Shown: positions 48,946 to 58,596, numbered from the stretch's first letter. The stretch is 63,310 nucleotides of DNA from Kiritimatiellia bacterium (GCA_017648065.1 JAGCJJ010000083.1:1-63310); one strand, 5' to 3'. Notes: generated by a model not told the origin, from the letters alone. Program-made: numbers and translations.

Positions 48946-48989
48946 AAGAAGTTTTATAGGAATTTTAACATATAATAGCTTGATTAAAT

Positions 48990-49667
48990 ATGAATAAAGT
49001 AAAATTCCCCTTTGCATGCTTATTTTTCATGCTCCCAAAATTTTTATTTTATGTTGTAGCGGGTTGGCTTTCGTATGTTCATGGGCCTGCGGATGATGTT
49101 GTTTTTTTGTCAACGTATGGTGGAATTTATTTGTTCCTATTTCTTATATTGCTTATCAAAAAAAGAAATATGCTATTGAGAATTGCTATTTTTGGTGTTT
49201 TGCTTTCTTATTTGCCTAGCGTTGTACAATTTGTTGTAGTAGATTACAATGGATACGAAAATTATTGGTATGAATTTATTTGTTATTTTTTAAACCTATT
49301 ATCGATTTCTCTATTGTTTACTTTTTCAATTCTATTGCGTGATAGAGGCGATTTATCTAATAAGTTTGAGCAGTTGAAGGTATGGTGCCGTAGGTGCTTC
49401 TTTCTTCCTGCTTTTATTCTGTTTGCCTCTGAGGTATTGCTTTATTATGTTTGCTTTTATATGTCAGGAGAATATTCCCACAACGACCCTTTTATAGAAG
49501 ACATGGTGCTTTTTGTTTTATATGGAGAAGGATATTTGATAGATGTGCCGATTCTGTTTTTCTTAGCGTTGTGGTTAGCATATCCGTTTAAGAAAAAAGG
49601 CGGAAATGTAAAAACTGGGCTGCAGGTGTGTGGCAATGTTGTTGAGAATATAGATAATATGAATTAG
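48990..49667 (+). CDS. polytopic membrane protein, unknown function
   Basis: 225 aa with about six hydrophobic segments. No family recognised. Confidence 0.6.
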   Translation: MNKVKFPFACLFFMLPKFLFYVVAGWLSYVHGPADDVVFLSTYGGIYLFLFLILLIKKRNMLLRIAIFGVLLSYLPSVVQFVVVDYNGYENYWYEFICYFLNLLSISLLFTFSILLRDRGDLSNKFEQLKVWCRRCFFLPAFILFASEVLLYYVCFYMSGEYSHNDPFIEDMVLFVLYGEGYLIDVPILFFLALWLAYPFKKKGGNVKTGLQVCGNVVENIDNMN

Positions 49668-49693
49668 TTTTTTAGGTATAAAGGTAAATATTT

Positions 49694-50443
49694 ATGAAAA
49701 CATTAAAAGAAGAAAATCTTGTCCGTTATGATAATCAAGGCTTTGAGCAGCTTGAATTTACCTTTTTAGGGAAAAAGTGTATTGTAATTTTACCTAAAGA
49801 AGCAAATCGCAATGGCCGAGCAATTCTTAAAACTGAGTATTTTGGTGCGTTTCCTTCCTTACAGATGGAGTTTGTTCGTCAAGGCTATACTTTGCTTTTT
49901 ATTGAAAATAGGAACCGTTGGGGAACTGCTTCTGAAATAGATGACCAAGCAAAATTCCTTCGATTTGCTTTTGAAGAATTTGATATAGAGCCGGGTGTTA
50001 TTACAATAGGAATGAGTTGCGGAGGAATGATTTCTATCTTTTTAGCGACGAAGTATCCAGAGCTGGTTCTTGGCTTGTATTTAGATGCACCTGTAATGAA
50101 TTTTTTGAGTTGCCCAGGAGGATTAGGTAATGCTCCTGAAACAACTGAGGCTATGTGGCAAGAATTTGAACGTGCTCATGGAATAACTAAGCGCGAGTTG
50201 CTATTATACCGTGAGCATCCAATAGATAAATTGGATTTATTGATATCATCAAAGAAACCAATTTATTTAGCATATGGTACAGCAGATTTGTGTGTGCCTT
50301 TTGAGGAAAATGCGATAGAGCTAGTTCGTAGATGTGAAGGAAAGGATATTCCTTTTGTTGTTGAGACAAAAGAAGGGGTGGGGCATCATCCTCATGGACC
50401 TCTGGATTCAGCCAAGGTAATCGCATTTTTTGAGAACAATTAG
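49694..50443 (+). CDS. alpha/beta hydrolase
   Basis: GMSCGG nucleophile elbow and a C-terminal GVGHHPHG. 249 aa. Confidence 0.65.
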   Translation: MKTLKEENLVRYDNQGFEQLEFTFLGKKCIVILPKEANRNGRAILKTEYFGAFPSLQMEFVRQGYTLLFIENRNRWGTASEIDDQAKFLRFAFEEFDIEPGVITIGMSCGGMISIFLATKYPELVLGLYLDAPVMNFLSCPGGLGNAPETTEAMWQEFERAHGITKRELLLYREHPIDKLDLLISSKKPIYLAYGTADLCVPFEENAIELVRRCEGKDIPFVVETKEGVGHHPHGPLDSAKVIAFFENN

Positions 50444-50801
50444 TTAAAAATCTTCTAGAGACTTAATAGAAGTATTGGAAAAATTCAACATGTAAATATA
50501 TCATCCTCTTGGATTGATATATTGAAATGTGTAATTTTTCTAAATTTATTCCACGATTTAACAAAATTTAGTTTTTTATCTAAATGGTTGTGGGACAGAA
50601 TGTTGTTTTCTCATTATTCGTCATAATAAGTCAATATTATTGGCTGTTTTTATATAAAAATTCGTTATTTAGCCCAATAAAGAATATTTTTCTTTGCAAT
50701 AGTTGGCTAATTATTATATAATTAAAGCGTGTTTTTTAGATATATTTTGCCTATTTTTGTGGCAAAACGATAATTTTTAGAAATATTCGAAAGGTAAAAT
50801 A

Positions 50802-52472
50802 ATGATAATCGCAATTGGTTCAGATCATGGTGGTTTTGCACAGAAGGAATGTGTAAAGAAATTGCTAGAGGCTAAAGGTGTTGAGGTAATAGATTATGGT
50901 TGCTATAGCACAGAATCTTGTGATTATCCTATTTACGCTGAAAAGGTTGCTGTAGCTGTTGAGACAGATAAAGCAGATCGCGGTGTGTTGGTTTGCACTT
51001 CTGGTGTTGGCATGACAATCGCAGCAAACCGCTTCCCACATGTACGTGCAGCTCTTTGCGTTGATGCAGATATTGCAAAGATGTCACGTGAGCACAATGC
51101 AGCAAATGTACTAGTACTTTCAAGCACAGCTCCTGTAGAAGAAATTCTTGAAGTTTGGTTGGCAACACCTGAAGCAAGCGCAGAGCGCCATGTTCGCCGT
51201 GTTGATGAGCTAACAACAGTTGGTAACCGTGTTACAGAGGTTTCTTTCCTTAAGGATTATGACCGCGATGTTTATGATTCAATTATGAAGCATGAAGCAC
51301 AAGAGGCTGCATGCGTAAATCTAATTGCTTCAGAAAACTTGACTTCTCGCGCAGTACGTGCTGCTCAGGGCTCTGTACTAACAAACAAGTATGCTGAGGG
51401 TTATCCTGGTAAGCGCTGGTATAGCGGTTGTAAGTATGTTGATGAGGTTGAGACAATGGCTATTGAGCGCGCTAAGGAGCTATTTGGCGCTGAGGCAGCA
51501 AACGTTCAGCCACACTGCGGTTCTTCTGCAAATATGGCAGTATACCTGGCAGTACTAAATCCAGGCGACACAATTATGTCAATGAGCTTGGATCAGGGTG
51601 GTCACCTTTCTCACGGTTCTCCAGTAAACTTCTCTGGCAGATTGTATAATATTGTTCCTTACACAGTAAATCCAGAGACAGAGGTTTTGGATTATGATCA
51701 GCTAGAAGAGCAGGCAATGCAAGTAAAGCCAAAACTAATTGTTGCTGGTGCTAGTGCATATCCTCGTCGCATAGATTTTGCTCGTTGGCGCAAGATTGCA
51801 GATGCATGCGGTGCAATGCTTCTTGTAGATATGGCTCACATTGCTGGTTTGGTTGCTGGTGGTTCACACGAGAGCCCTGTTCCATATGCTGAGTTTGTTA
51901 CAACAACAACTCACAAGACACTTCGCGGTCCTCGCAGTGGTCTTGTTCTATGCCGCAAGGAATTTGAGGCAGCAATCAATAAGGCTGTATTCCCAGGTAT
52001 GCAGGGTGGCCCTCTAATGCAGGTAACAGCTGCTAAGGCAATCTGCTTCAAGGAAGCAATGAGCCAGGAGTTTAAGGATTATGCACACCAGATTGTTAAG
52101 AACTGTAAGGTGCTTGCTGATGTTATCATGAAGCGTGGCTTCCGCCTAGTTTCTGGTGGTACAGACAATCATCTGCTTCTTGTTGATGTTGCAGCATCTG
52201 GCCTAACAGGTAAGGTTGCAGCAGCAGCTCTTGATGAGACAGGTATCATTGTTAACAAGAACACAATTCCATTTGATAAGAATAGCCCATTCGTTACATC
52301 TGGTATCCGCATCGGTACTGCAACAGCAGCTACTCGTGGTATGAAGGAAGTAGATATGGAATTTATCGGCGATAAGATTTGCACAGTGCTTGAGAACATT
52401 GATGATGTTGAGCTACGTACAAAGATTCGCGCAGAGGTAGCAGATTTTGCTTCCAAGTTTATGGTTCCTTAA
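50802..52472 (+). CDS. glyA: fusion of ribose-5-phosphate isomerase B (RpiB/LacAB) and serine hydroxymethyltransferase
   Basis: aa 1-145: [32 protein letters not shown] (RpiB). aa ~150-556: [19 protein letters not shown] (PLP Lys), full-length SHMT. Confidence 0.9.
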   Translation: MIIAIGSDHGGFAQKECVKKLLEAKGVEVIDYGCYSTESCDYPIYAEKVAVAVETDKADRGVLVCTSGVGMTIAANRFPHVRAALCVDADIAKMSREHNAANVLVLSSTAPVEEILEVWLATPEASAERHVRRVDELTTVGNRVTEVSFLKDYDRDVYDSIMKHEAQEAACVNLIASENLTSRAVRAAQGSVLTNKYAEGYPGKRWYSGCKYVDEVETMAIERAKELFGAEAANVQPHCGSSANMAVYLAVLNPGDTIMSMSLDQGGHLSHGSPVNFSGRLYNIVPYTVNPETEVLDYDQLEEQAMQVKPKLIVAGASAYPRRIDFARWRKIADACGAMLLVDMAHIAGLVAGGSHESPVPYAEFVTTTTHKTLRGPRSGLVLCRKEFEAAINKAVFPGMQGGPLMQVTAAKAICFKEAMSQEFKDYAHQIVKNCKVLADVIMKRGFRLVSGGTDNHLLLVDVAASGLTGKVAAAALDETGIIVNKNTIPFDKNSPFVTSGIRIGTATAATRGMKEVDMEFIGDKICTVLENIDDVELRTKIRAEVADFASKFMVP

Positions 52473-52489
52473 TCTATAAAAACATTGTT

Positions 52490-52508
52490 GCCCGTCCATG
52501 TGGCGGGC
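52490..52508 (+). terminator. weak hairpin after the rpiB-glyA fusion gene
   Basis: gcccgtcc atgt ggcgggc stem with a bulge. No clear U-tract. Confidence 0.3.
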
Positions 52509-52539
52509 ATTGAAATTAGAACAAATTTAAAGCATAAAA

Positions 52540-53805
52540 ATGAATATTATTGATACTTTAAAGGAGCGTGGCCTTTTTGATAATTGGACAAATCCAGCAG
52601 TGTATGAAGAGTTAAATAAGCCTATGACAGTATACTGTGGCTTTGATCCTTCTGCAGATAGTTTGCAGGCTGGTAACTTTGTTGCAATTCAGACACTCTG
52701 CCACTTCCAGCATGCTGGTCACAAGGTTGTTGCTCTTGTTGGTGGTGCTACAGGTTTGATTGGCGACCCATCAGGTAAGACTTCTGAGCGCAAGCTTCTT
52801 TCTGAAGAGATGGTAAATCACAATATTGAGGGAATTAAAGAGAACCTATCTCGTTTCCTTGATTTTGGTGATGGTCCAAATCAAGCAATCCTTGTAAACA
52901 ATTACGATTGGCATAAGAATTTTACTTTTATTTCATACCTACGTGATGTTGGCCGTTATTTCCGTATGGGCACAATGCTAGGTAAGGAAAGTGTAAAGCA
53001 GCGCCTTGCTTCTGAGAATGGTATGAGCTTCACAGAGTTCTGTTATCAGACACTACAGGGCTATGATTTCATGCATTTGTATGATAATTATGGCTGCCGT
53101 ATTGAGGTTGGTGGCTCTGATCAGTGGGGTAATATCACAGCTGGTACAGATTTGATTCATCGCCATCGCGATCAAGAGGCTTATGGTGTAACAATCCCTC
53201 TAATTACAGATAGCCAAGGCAGAAAGTTTGGTAAGTCTGAGGGTAATGCAATGTATCTTGATAAGAACAAGACATCAATTTACAGCTTCTATCAATTCTT
53301 TATGCGCTCTGAGGATGCTGATGTTATTCGTTATCTAAAGGCATTTACATTCCTACCACTTGAGCAGATTGCTGAGCTTGAGGAGCAGGTAAGAGTTGCT
53401 CCTGAGAAGCGTGAAGCACAGCGTGTGCTTGCTGCAGATGTTGTTCGTCGCGTACATGGTGAGGAAGGCTTACGTCAAGCTGTTCAGGCTTCAGAGGTTC
53501 TCTTTGGTGGTTCAATTGAAGGTATGTCAGCAGCAGATTTGATTCCTATATTTGCAGATGCTCCATCAGCAGAGGTTGCTGCAGCAGAAGTTATGAATAA
53601 TCAGCTTTCTAAGTTAGCAGTTGCTTCTGGCCTATGCAAGAGCGTTGGTGAGGTTCGCCGCTTGGCAGAAGGTGGTGGCTTCTATGTTAATAATAAGCGC
53701 GCCAGTGGACAGGATATCCTAACAGAGGATATGCTAGTTGATGGTGAGGTGCTTGTTCTACGCTCAGGTAAGAAAAATTATCGCCTTGTAAAGCTACAAA
53801 AGTAA
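52540..53805 (+). CDS. tyrS: tyrosine--tRNA ligase (noncanonical HIGH motif)
   Basis: Collinear with E. coli TyrRS (YCGFDP.ADSL, VALVGGATGLIGDPS, GGSDQWGNIT, KFGKSEG, C-terminal S4-like domain). The HIGH position reads QAGN. Confidence 0.9.
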   Translation: MNIIDTLKERGLFDNWTNPAVYEELNKPMTVYCGFDPSADSLQAGNFVAIQTLCHFQHAGHKVVALVGGATGLIGDPSGKTSERKLLSEEMVNHNIEGIKENLSRFLDFGDGPNQAILVNNYDWHKNFTFISYLRDVGRYFRMGTMLGKESVKQRLASENGMSFTEFCYQTLQGYDFMHLYDNYGCRIEVGGSDQWGNITAGTDLIHRHRDQEAYGVTIPLITDSQGRKFGKSEGNAMYLDKNKTSIYSFYQFFMRSEDADVIRYLKAFTFLPLEQIAELEEQVRVAPEKREAQRVLAADVVRRVHGEEGLRQAVQASEVLFGGSIEGMSAADLIPIFADAPSAEVAAAEVMNNQLSKLAVASGLCKSVGEVRRLAEGGGFYVNNKRASGQDILTEDMLVDGEVLVLRSGKKNYRLVKLQK

Positions 53806-53833
53806 GCAAAATATATTTTCAGAGGAGAGGGCA

Positions 53834-54196
53834 ATGCTATCATTCTTTTTAAAAGCAAAATTACATCACTTAACAGTTACTGCTGCAGAACTGCATTATC
53901 AAGGCAGCATGACACTTGATGTTGATTTTATGGAGGCTGTAGGTCTTCAACCATTTGAAAAGATTCTCGTTGCAAATGTTGAGAATGGCGAGCGTTTTGA
54001 AACTTATGCTATTCCTGGTGAGCGCGGCTCAAAGGTTTGTTGCTTAAATGGAGCAACAGCTCATAAAGGCAAGCCTGGAGATAAGGTTATTGTCTTCTCT
54101 TTCTGTATGCTTTCTGACGATGAAATCGAAGGTCATAAGCCTCGTGTCCTTATTTTCGGAGAAAATAACGAACCTGTTCGTGAGAGCAAAATTTAA
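53834..54196 (+). CDS. panD: aspartate 1-decarboxylase
   Basis: KAKLHHLTVTAAELHYQGS with the Gly-Ser self-cleavage site. 120 aa. Confidence 0.9.
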   Translation: MLSFFLKAKLHHLTVTAAELHYQGSMTLDVDFMEAVGLQPFEKILVANVENGERFETYAIPGERGSKVCCLNGATAHKGKPGDKVIVFSFCMLSDDEIEGHKPRVLIFGENNEPVRESKI

Positions 54197-54227
54197 TTTA
54201 ATTGTTAGCTAACAAAGGGGTTAGGGT

Positions 54228-54716
54228 ATGCAAGTATTAGTAGATTCAATTAAGGTTCCAGACCGTGTGCGTAAAGAGTTGGGTAATTTAGATAGCCTCA
54301 TGGAAAGCTTAAAAACATGTGGTCAGCTTAATCCAATTACAGTTACACGCGATATGCAACTAGTAGCGGGTTTTCGTAGATTAACAGCTGCTAAACAGCT
54401 TGGTTGGAAAATGATTACAGCTAATGTTGTTGAAGCTGCGGATGCTGTGCGTATTCTCCAAATGGAGATGGAAGAAAACTTCTGCCGTAAAGATTTTACT
54501 CCTGAGGAGCTATTGGCAGGTTATAAACGCCTTGAAGAACTTAGACATCCTAAACTATCAAAGCGTATTGGTGATGCATTAAGAAAATTTGCTAGTAAGC
54601 TTGCATTTTGGAAGTGGTTCAAAAAGGACAAGAAAAAGAGCGAGCTTCCAACCACAGCGATAGACTTCGTCCCTCCTGCGCAAGAGGATTCTGATACTTC
54701 TGAATACGGTATCTAA
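54228..54716 (+). CDS. ParB/Srx N-terminal domain protein (no HTH or dimerisation domain)
   Basis: I-x-VPDRVRKELG start, NPITV, LVAGFRRLTAAKQLGW (GxRR box). 162 aa with a basic/amphipathic tail. Confidence 0.7.
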   Translation: MQVLVDSIKVPDRVRKELGNLDSLMESLKTCGQLNPITVTRDMQLVAGFRRLTAAKQLGWKMITANVVEAADAVRILQMEMEENFCRKDFTPEELLAGYKRLEELRHPKLSKRIGDALRKFASKLAFWKWFKKDKKKSELPTTAIDFVPPAQEDSDTSEYGI

Positions 54717-54733
54717 TCAATTTCTTCTTGTAA

Positions 54734-55477
54734 ATGAATAAAGAAGCTTCAGCACGCACTCGTAGGCTAATTGGCGAACAAGCACAGCAACTTTTAGAAA
54801 AGTCTGCTGTGCTTATTGTTGGGCTTGGTGGTGTAGGTGCATTTGCTGCTGAAGCCGTTGCTCGAGCCGGTGTTGGTAAAATAGGCTTACTTGATTTTGA
54901 TTTTGTCTCTATATCTAATATAAATAGACAGCTTTTAGCTACACATTCTACTGTTGGTATGCCTAAGGTAGAGGTAATGAAGGCGCGAATCCTGGATATC
55001 AATCCTGAGGCAGAGGTTGTTTGTTATAATACAAAGTATACCGTTGATTCAGCAGATTCAATACCTATATCAGAATACAATTTTATTGTAGACGCAATAG
55101 ATACAGTAAAGTGTAAGGTTGAGCTTATTGTCAGAGCAAAGCGATGTGGTACTCCAATAATTAGTGCTATGGGCACAGGTAATAAACTTGCTGCAGAGCG
55201 TTTTGAATTGACAGATTTGTTCTCTACTGATAAATGTCATCTTGCACGTATAATGCGCAAGCGTTTACGTAAGTTTGATGTGACAGCACTTCCAGTTGTT
55301 TTTTCCAGTGAGCATGTTCTTGATCCAATTGAAGAGGATGAAAATGCAGAGATTGGGCGCCATGTTGATCCTGGCAGTATTTCGTATATGCCAGGCACAG
55401 CAGGACTTTTGATGGCTTCTTATGTCCTTCGCGAACTAATAAAGCAATATCTTCCTACAAGCGGAGAGCAAATATGA
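54734..55477 (+). CDS. tcdA: tRNA threonylcarbamoyladenosine dehydratase (ThiF/E1-like)
   Basis: VLIVGLGGVGAFAAEAVARAGVGKIGLLDFDFVSISNINRQ and a 247-aa length match TcdA/CsdL. Confidence 0.85.
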   Translation: MNKEASARTRRLIGEQAQQLLEKSAVLIVGLGGVGAFAAEAVARAGVGKIGLLDFDFVSISNINRQLLATHSTVGMPKVEVMKARILDINPEAEVVCYNTKYTVDSADSIPISEYNFIVDAIDTVKCKVELIVRAKRCGTPIISAMGTGNKLAAERFELTDLFSTDKCHLARIMRKRLRKFDVTALPVVFSSEHVLDPIEEDENAEIGRHVDPGSISYMPGTAGLLMASYVLRELIKQYLPTSGEQI

Positions 55478-56208
55478 AGAGTGGAAAAGGGGAGTGGTTT
55501 CTTCTTTTCGTAGTTGGCATTTCGCTTGCTACGCTCTCTCGTTCTTTTATTTTTCAATTAGTCTGTGGTAATTTTCTTGTTGGCCTAATTTTTGTGTCGG
55601 CTTTGTTTATGCCACAATTTATAGAATGGTTATGGCAAATTTTATTAAGGCGTGCAGATATTTTAATTTCATGTGACCCATTAAAGCCCAGTGCATCAGA
55701 GATATGTCAAAATATTCGAGGGGTGTTACGACGCATATATTCTGAAGGTGGAAGATATCTGATTTATATTTCACCAATGCCAAATACAGGTATGAGAATT
55801 GCTTTTAATTTGTCGAAACAAAGCATAGAAGCAAAATGTGGCTCAGAATTATATTCTTTAGATGAAAGTAAATATCAACTTCCTCCTTTTAGATTTGACA
55901 ATAGTCCTGTTGTCTATCATTTAAGTGGAATGCAAGATGAGCCTGTTGATGGAGTATATTTAGTTGCTACAGTTAAGCGAGGGGAGCAAATTAAACTTTC
56001 AAAGTTGAAAGTCTGGACGCATGCTTTAATTTTCGCAGAGATACTTATTTTGATTTTGTCAGTTTTCTTAGATGTATGGCAAGTCATATTTGGAGCAATA
56101 CTTTTACGAAGAACACATTTTTTTGAAAAATATGATATATTGCGCGTCATTATAATGTGCTTCTCAATTATTATTGCTTTATGGCGTATGTGTCATTTTT
56201 ATTGGTAA
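55474..56208 (+). CDS. membrane protein, unknown function
   Basis: ATGA overlap with tcdA. Two N-terminal and two or three C-terminal TM segments flank a ~120-aa soluble region. Confidence 0.6.
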   Translation: MKSGKGEWFLLFVVGISLATLSRSFIFQLVCGNFLVGLIFVSALFMPQFIEWLWQILLRRADILISCDPLKPSASEICQNIRGVLRRIYSEGGRYLIYISPMPNTGMRIAFNLSKQSIEAKCGSELYSLDESKYQLPPFRFDNSPVVYHLSGMQDEPVDGVYLVATVKRGEQIKLSKLKVWTHALIFAEILILILSVFLDVWQVIFGAILLRRTHFFEKYDILRVIIMCFSIIIALWRMCHFYW

Positions 56209-56220
56209 CCTATATTTGTA

Positions 56221-56257
56221 AAAAAAAATATGTCTTGATGTCGCAACATCAAGACAT
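56221..56257 (-). terminator. intrinsic terminator for the minus-strand gene 56287-56820 (may also stop the convergent + operon)
   Basis: 12-bp perfect stem 56230-56241 / 56246-56257 with a 4-nt loop. A8 on the + strand gives U8 on the - strand transcript. Confidence 0.8.
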
Positions 56258-56286
56258 AAATCCCTAAATATCCCTATTAAATTCAA

Positions 56287-56820
56287 TTATTTAGCTTCAG
56301 GTGCTTCTTCTGCAGGAGCTTTGTCCTTCTTAGGACCAAACTTCTCGCGACGATCCTTACGAGCTTTTCTCTTCTTTGCCTCTTTGAATTTTGGACAATC
56401 CTCAGGTTTTACCTTGCAATCTTTGTCGAACTCTGGGCAATCCTCTTTTTTCATATTTTCTGGCTTAGGACCACGACCATTCTTGTGCCATTTGTCTGGC
56501 TTTTTGTCACCAAACTTCTTTTTGCAACCATCGCAGAAAACTGGGCCACGTTCTTTATCTCCCTTTTTCTTTTCAAAGAGTTCTTTAACGTCTTTGCCTT
56601 CTTCCTTAGCCTTTTTTACTTCCTCAAAGAAAGCTTTTCTTTCTTCGCGAGCTTTTTTGCGAAGTTCGAAGCATTTTTCACACTTCTTGAACTTAGGCTT
56701 GTCAGCTTGCTGTTCTACTGTTGTTTCAGGTGCTGCTTCAGGAGCTGGAGCTGCATCTTCAGCATATGCTTGTACAGCTACAAGTGTAGCTGCTAGTACA
56801 GAAAATAAGAATTTATTCAT
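56287..56820 (-). CDS. secreted Lys/Glu-rich protein with spaced Cys pairs
   Basis: Signal peptide MNKFLFSVLAATLVAVQAYA. The mature part is highly charged with C-x2-C-like pairs (KKCEKC, FCDGC, DCPEFDKDC, DCPKF). It has its own terminator. Confidence 0.7.
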   Translation of the reverse strand: MNKFLFSVLAATLVAVQAYAEDAAPAPEAAPETTVEQQADKPKFKKCEKCFELRKKAREERKAFFEEVKKAKEEGKDVKELFEKKKGDKERGPVFCDGCKKKFGDKKPDKWHKNGRGPKPENMKKEDCPEFDKDCKVKPEDCPKFKEAKKRKARKDRREKFGPKKDKAPAEEAPEAK

Positions 56821-57012
56821 AATTTTTCCCTTTTTTATTGTATTAAATACTATCTTTATGGATATTTATCCTCCAGATATTCTTAAAGAACGTAAAAAAA
56901 TAAGAAAATCTACATCTTTTTTTGAAAAAATTAAATTTCCAACATATAAAAAAGTGAGTAGACACTAGATTGATAATTTGGTAGAATATATACTTTAATT
57001 TCAAGGGGTTTT

Positions 57013-58596
57013 ATGCTTACTTCTTTAACAAATAAGAAAAACAAAATATTTTCAATAGCAGATGCCATGCTTTTAATCAAGGATGGTGATACTATTGTGA
57101 CAAGTGGATTTACAGGTACAGGTTCTCCAGAAACGCTTTTTCGTGGCTTAGCCAGAAGATTTAAGGAGACAGGTTCTCCTCGTAATCTTACTTATACTTT
57201 TCCTGCTGCACCAGGCGATGGTAAAGAGCGTGGTGTTAATTGTATTGCTTTAGAGGGATTGGTAAAGCGCGTAATATTTGGTCATATAGGTATGATTCCT
57301 GCGCTTCAAAAGCTTATTGTCGAGAATAAGACAGAAGGTTATAATCTCCCTTTGGGTGTGTTGGCTCAGTTATATCGTGATATTGCTGCAGGTAAGCCAG
57401 GAACACTGACATCTGTAGGATTAGGCACATTTGCTGACCCTGATTTTGGTGGTGGCAAAATGAATGCTTCATCTACTGAAGATTTAGTTAAGAAACTAGA
57501 TGTAGAAGGTCAGCCATATTTGTTATATAAGCGTTTCCCACTTAATATTGCTCTTGTTCGTGGTACAACAGCTGATCCAGATGGTAACGTTTCTCTTGAG
57601 CATGAGGCTCTTAACCATGGTCTACGTGCAATTGCTGCAGCTGTGCATAATTCCGGTGGCAAGGTAATTGTTCAGGTTAAGAAGGTTGTTGAAAATGGTA
57701 TGCTAACAGGCCGTCAAATTCATTTGCCAGCTTGCTTAGTGGATGCTGTAGTAATTTCAGAAGAGCGCGGTGATGATGCGCAAACATATTTAGATTACTT
57801 TAATCCAACTTTCTGCGGTGATATGCGCGTTCCTATGAATGAAATTCCTTTAATGCCACTTACTGAACGTAAGGTGATTGCACGTCGTGGTGCTATGGAA
57901 TTAACTCAGGATGCATTAGTTAATTTGGGAATTGGTATTCCTGAGGGTGTTGCTTCTGTAGCAGCAGAAGAAGGTTTAAGTAAAACATTTACTTTAACAA
58001 CAGAAGCAGGTGTAATTGGTGGTGTGCCTTGTGGTGGTTTGAATTTTGGTGTTTCTTATAATCCTGAGGCATTCTTTGCTATTGGAGACCAATTTGATTT
58101 GTACGATGGCGGTGGTATTGATGCTGCTTTCCTTGGTCTTGCTCAGGTTGATGGAGAAGGAAATATTAACGTTAGCAAGTTTGGTACTAAAATTCCAGGC
58201 TTCGGTGGTTTTATTAATATTAGCCAGAATTCAAAGAAAGTTGTATTTATGGGAACCTTTACTGCAGGTGGTCTGGAGGTAAAGGTTGAGGATGGTAAGC
58301 TTACAATCGTTAAGGAAGGTAAGGCTCGGAAATTTGTTAATAATTTGGAACAACGAACCTTTAATGGTAAGTTTGCTGCAAAGAGAAATGCTAATGTTCT
58401 ATATGTTACAGAACGTTGTGTTTTCAAATTAACAATTGATGGACTAGAGCTAATAGAAGTTGCTCCTGGAATTGACATAGAGCGTGATATTGTTGCAAAT
58501 ATGGAGTTTCGTCCAATAATTAAGAATCCACGAATTATGGATGAACGAATTTTTGTAAATCAACCTATGGGTTTAAAGATTGATAATGTAGGTTAA
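57013..58596 (+). CDS. acyl-CoA:acetate/3-ketoacid CoA-transferase (family I, YdiF/Pct-like)
   Basis: 527 aa. IVTSGFTGTGSPE N-terminal motif. Length and layout match fused alpha-beta CoA transferases. Confidence 0.8.
   Translation: MLTSLTNKKNKIFSIADAMLLIKDGDTIVTSGFTGTGSPETLFRGLARRFKETGSPRNLTYTFPAAPGDGKERGVNCIALEGLVKRVIFGHIGMIPALQKLIVENKTEGYNLPLGVLAQLYRDIAAGKPGTLTSVGLGTFADPDFGGGKMNASSTEDLVKKLDVEGQPYLLYKRFPLNIALVRGTTADPDGNVSLEHEALNHGLRAIAAAVHNSGGKVIVQVKKVVENGMLTGRQIHLPACLVDAVVISEERGDDAQTYLDYFNPTFCGDMRVPMNEIPLMPLTERKVIARRGAMELTQDALVNLGIGIPEGVASVAAEEGLSKTFTLTTEAGVIGGVPCGGLNFGVSYNPEAFFAIGDQFDLYDGGGIDAAFLGLAQVDGEGNINVSKFGTKIPGFGGFINISQNSKKVVFMGTFTAGGLEVKVEDGKLTIVKEGKARKFVNNLEQRTFNGKFAAKRNANVLYVTERCVFKLTIDGLELIEVAPGIDIERDIVANMEFRPIIKNPRIMDERIFVNQPMGLKIDNVG

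Noticed and set aside
50444-50801. 358-nt leader upstream of the rpiB-glyA fusion, examined for a riboswitch (ZTP/pfl, THF, glycine) or T-box
   Set aside because: The region is very AT-rich, and I could not find the GC-rich conserved cores of these RNAs. There is only a small hairpin (ttttgcc...ggcaaaa near 50746-50770). It is treated as promoter/UTR. A covariance-model scan would settle the question.
54228-55477. ParB-like plus E1/ThiF-like gene pair considered as a ubiquitin-like or nucleotide-signalling defence module
   Set aside because: The ThiF-like protein matches the housekeeping tRNA t6A dehydratase TcdA in length and N-terminal sequence. There is no E2, JAB, effector or CD-NTase partner. 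The neighbours (tyrS, panD) are core genes.
56321-56968. 215-aa + strand ORF (Ser/Phe/Leu-rich), plus 56485-56796
   Set aside because: It lies exactly antisense to the Lys/Glu-rich gene 56287-56820. Its low-complexity composition is the complement of AAG/GAA-rich coding sequence. It has no RBS, whereas the minus-strand gene has a signal peptide and its own terminator.
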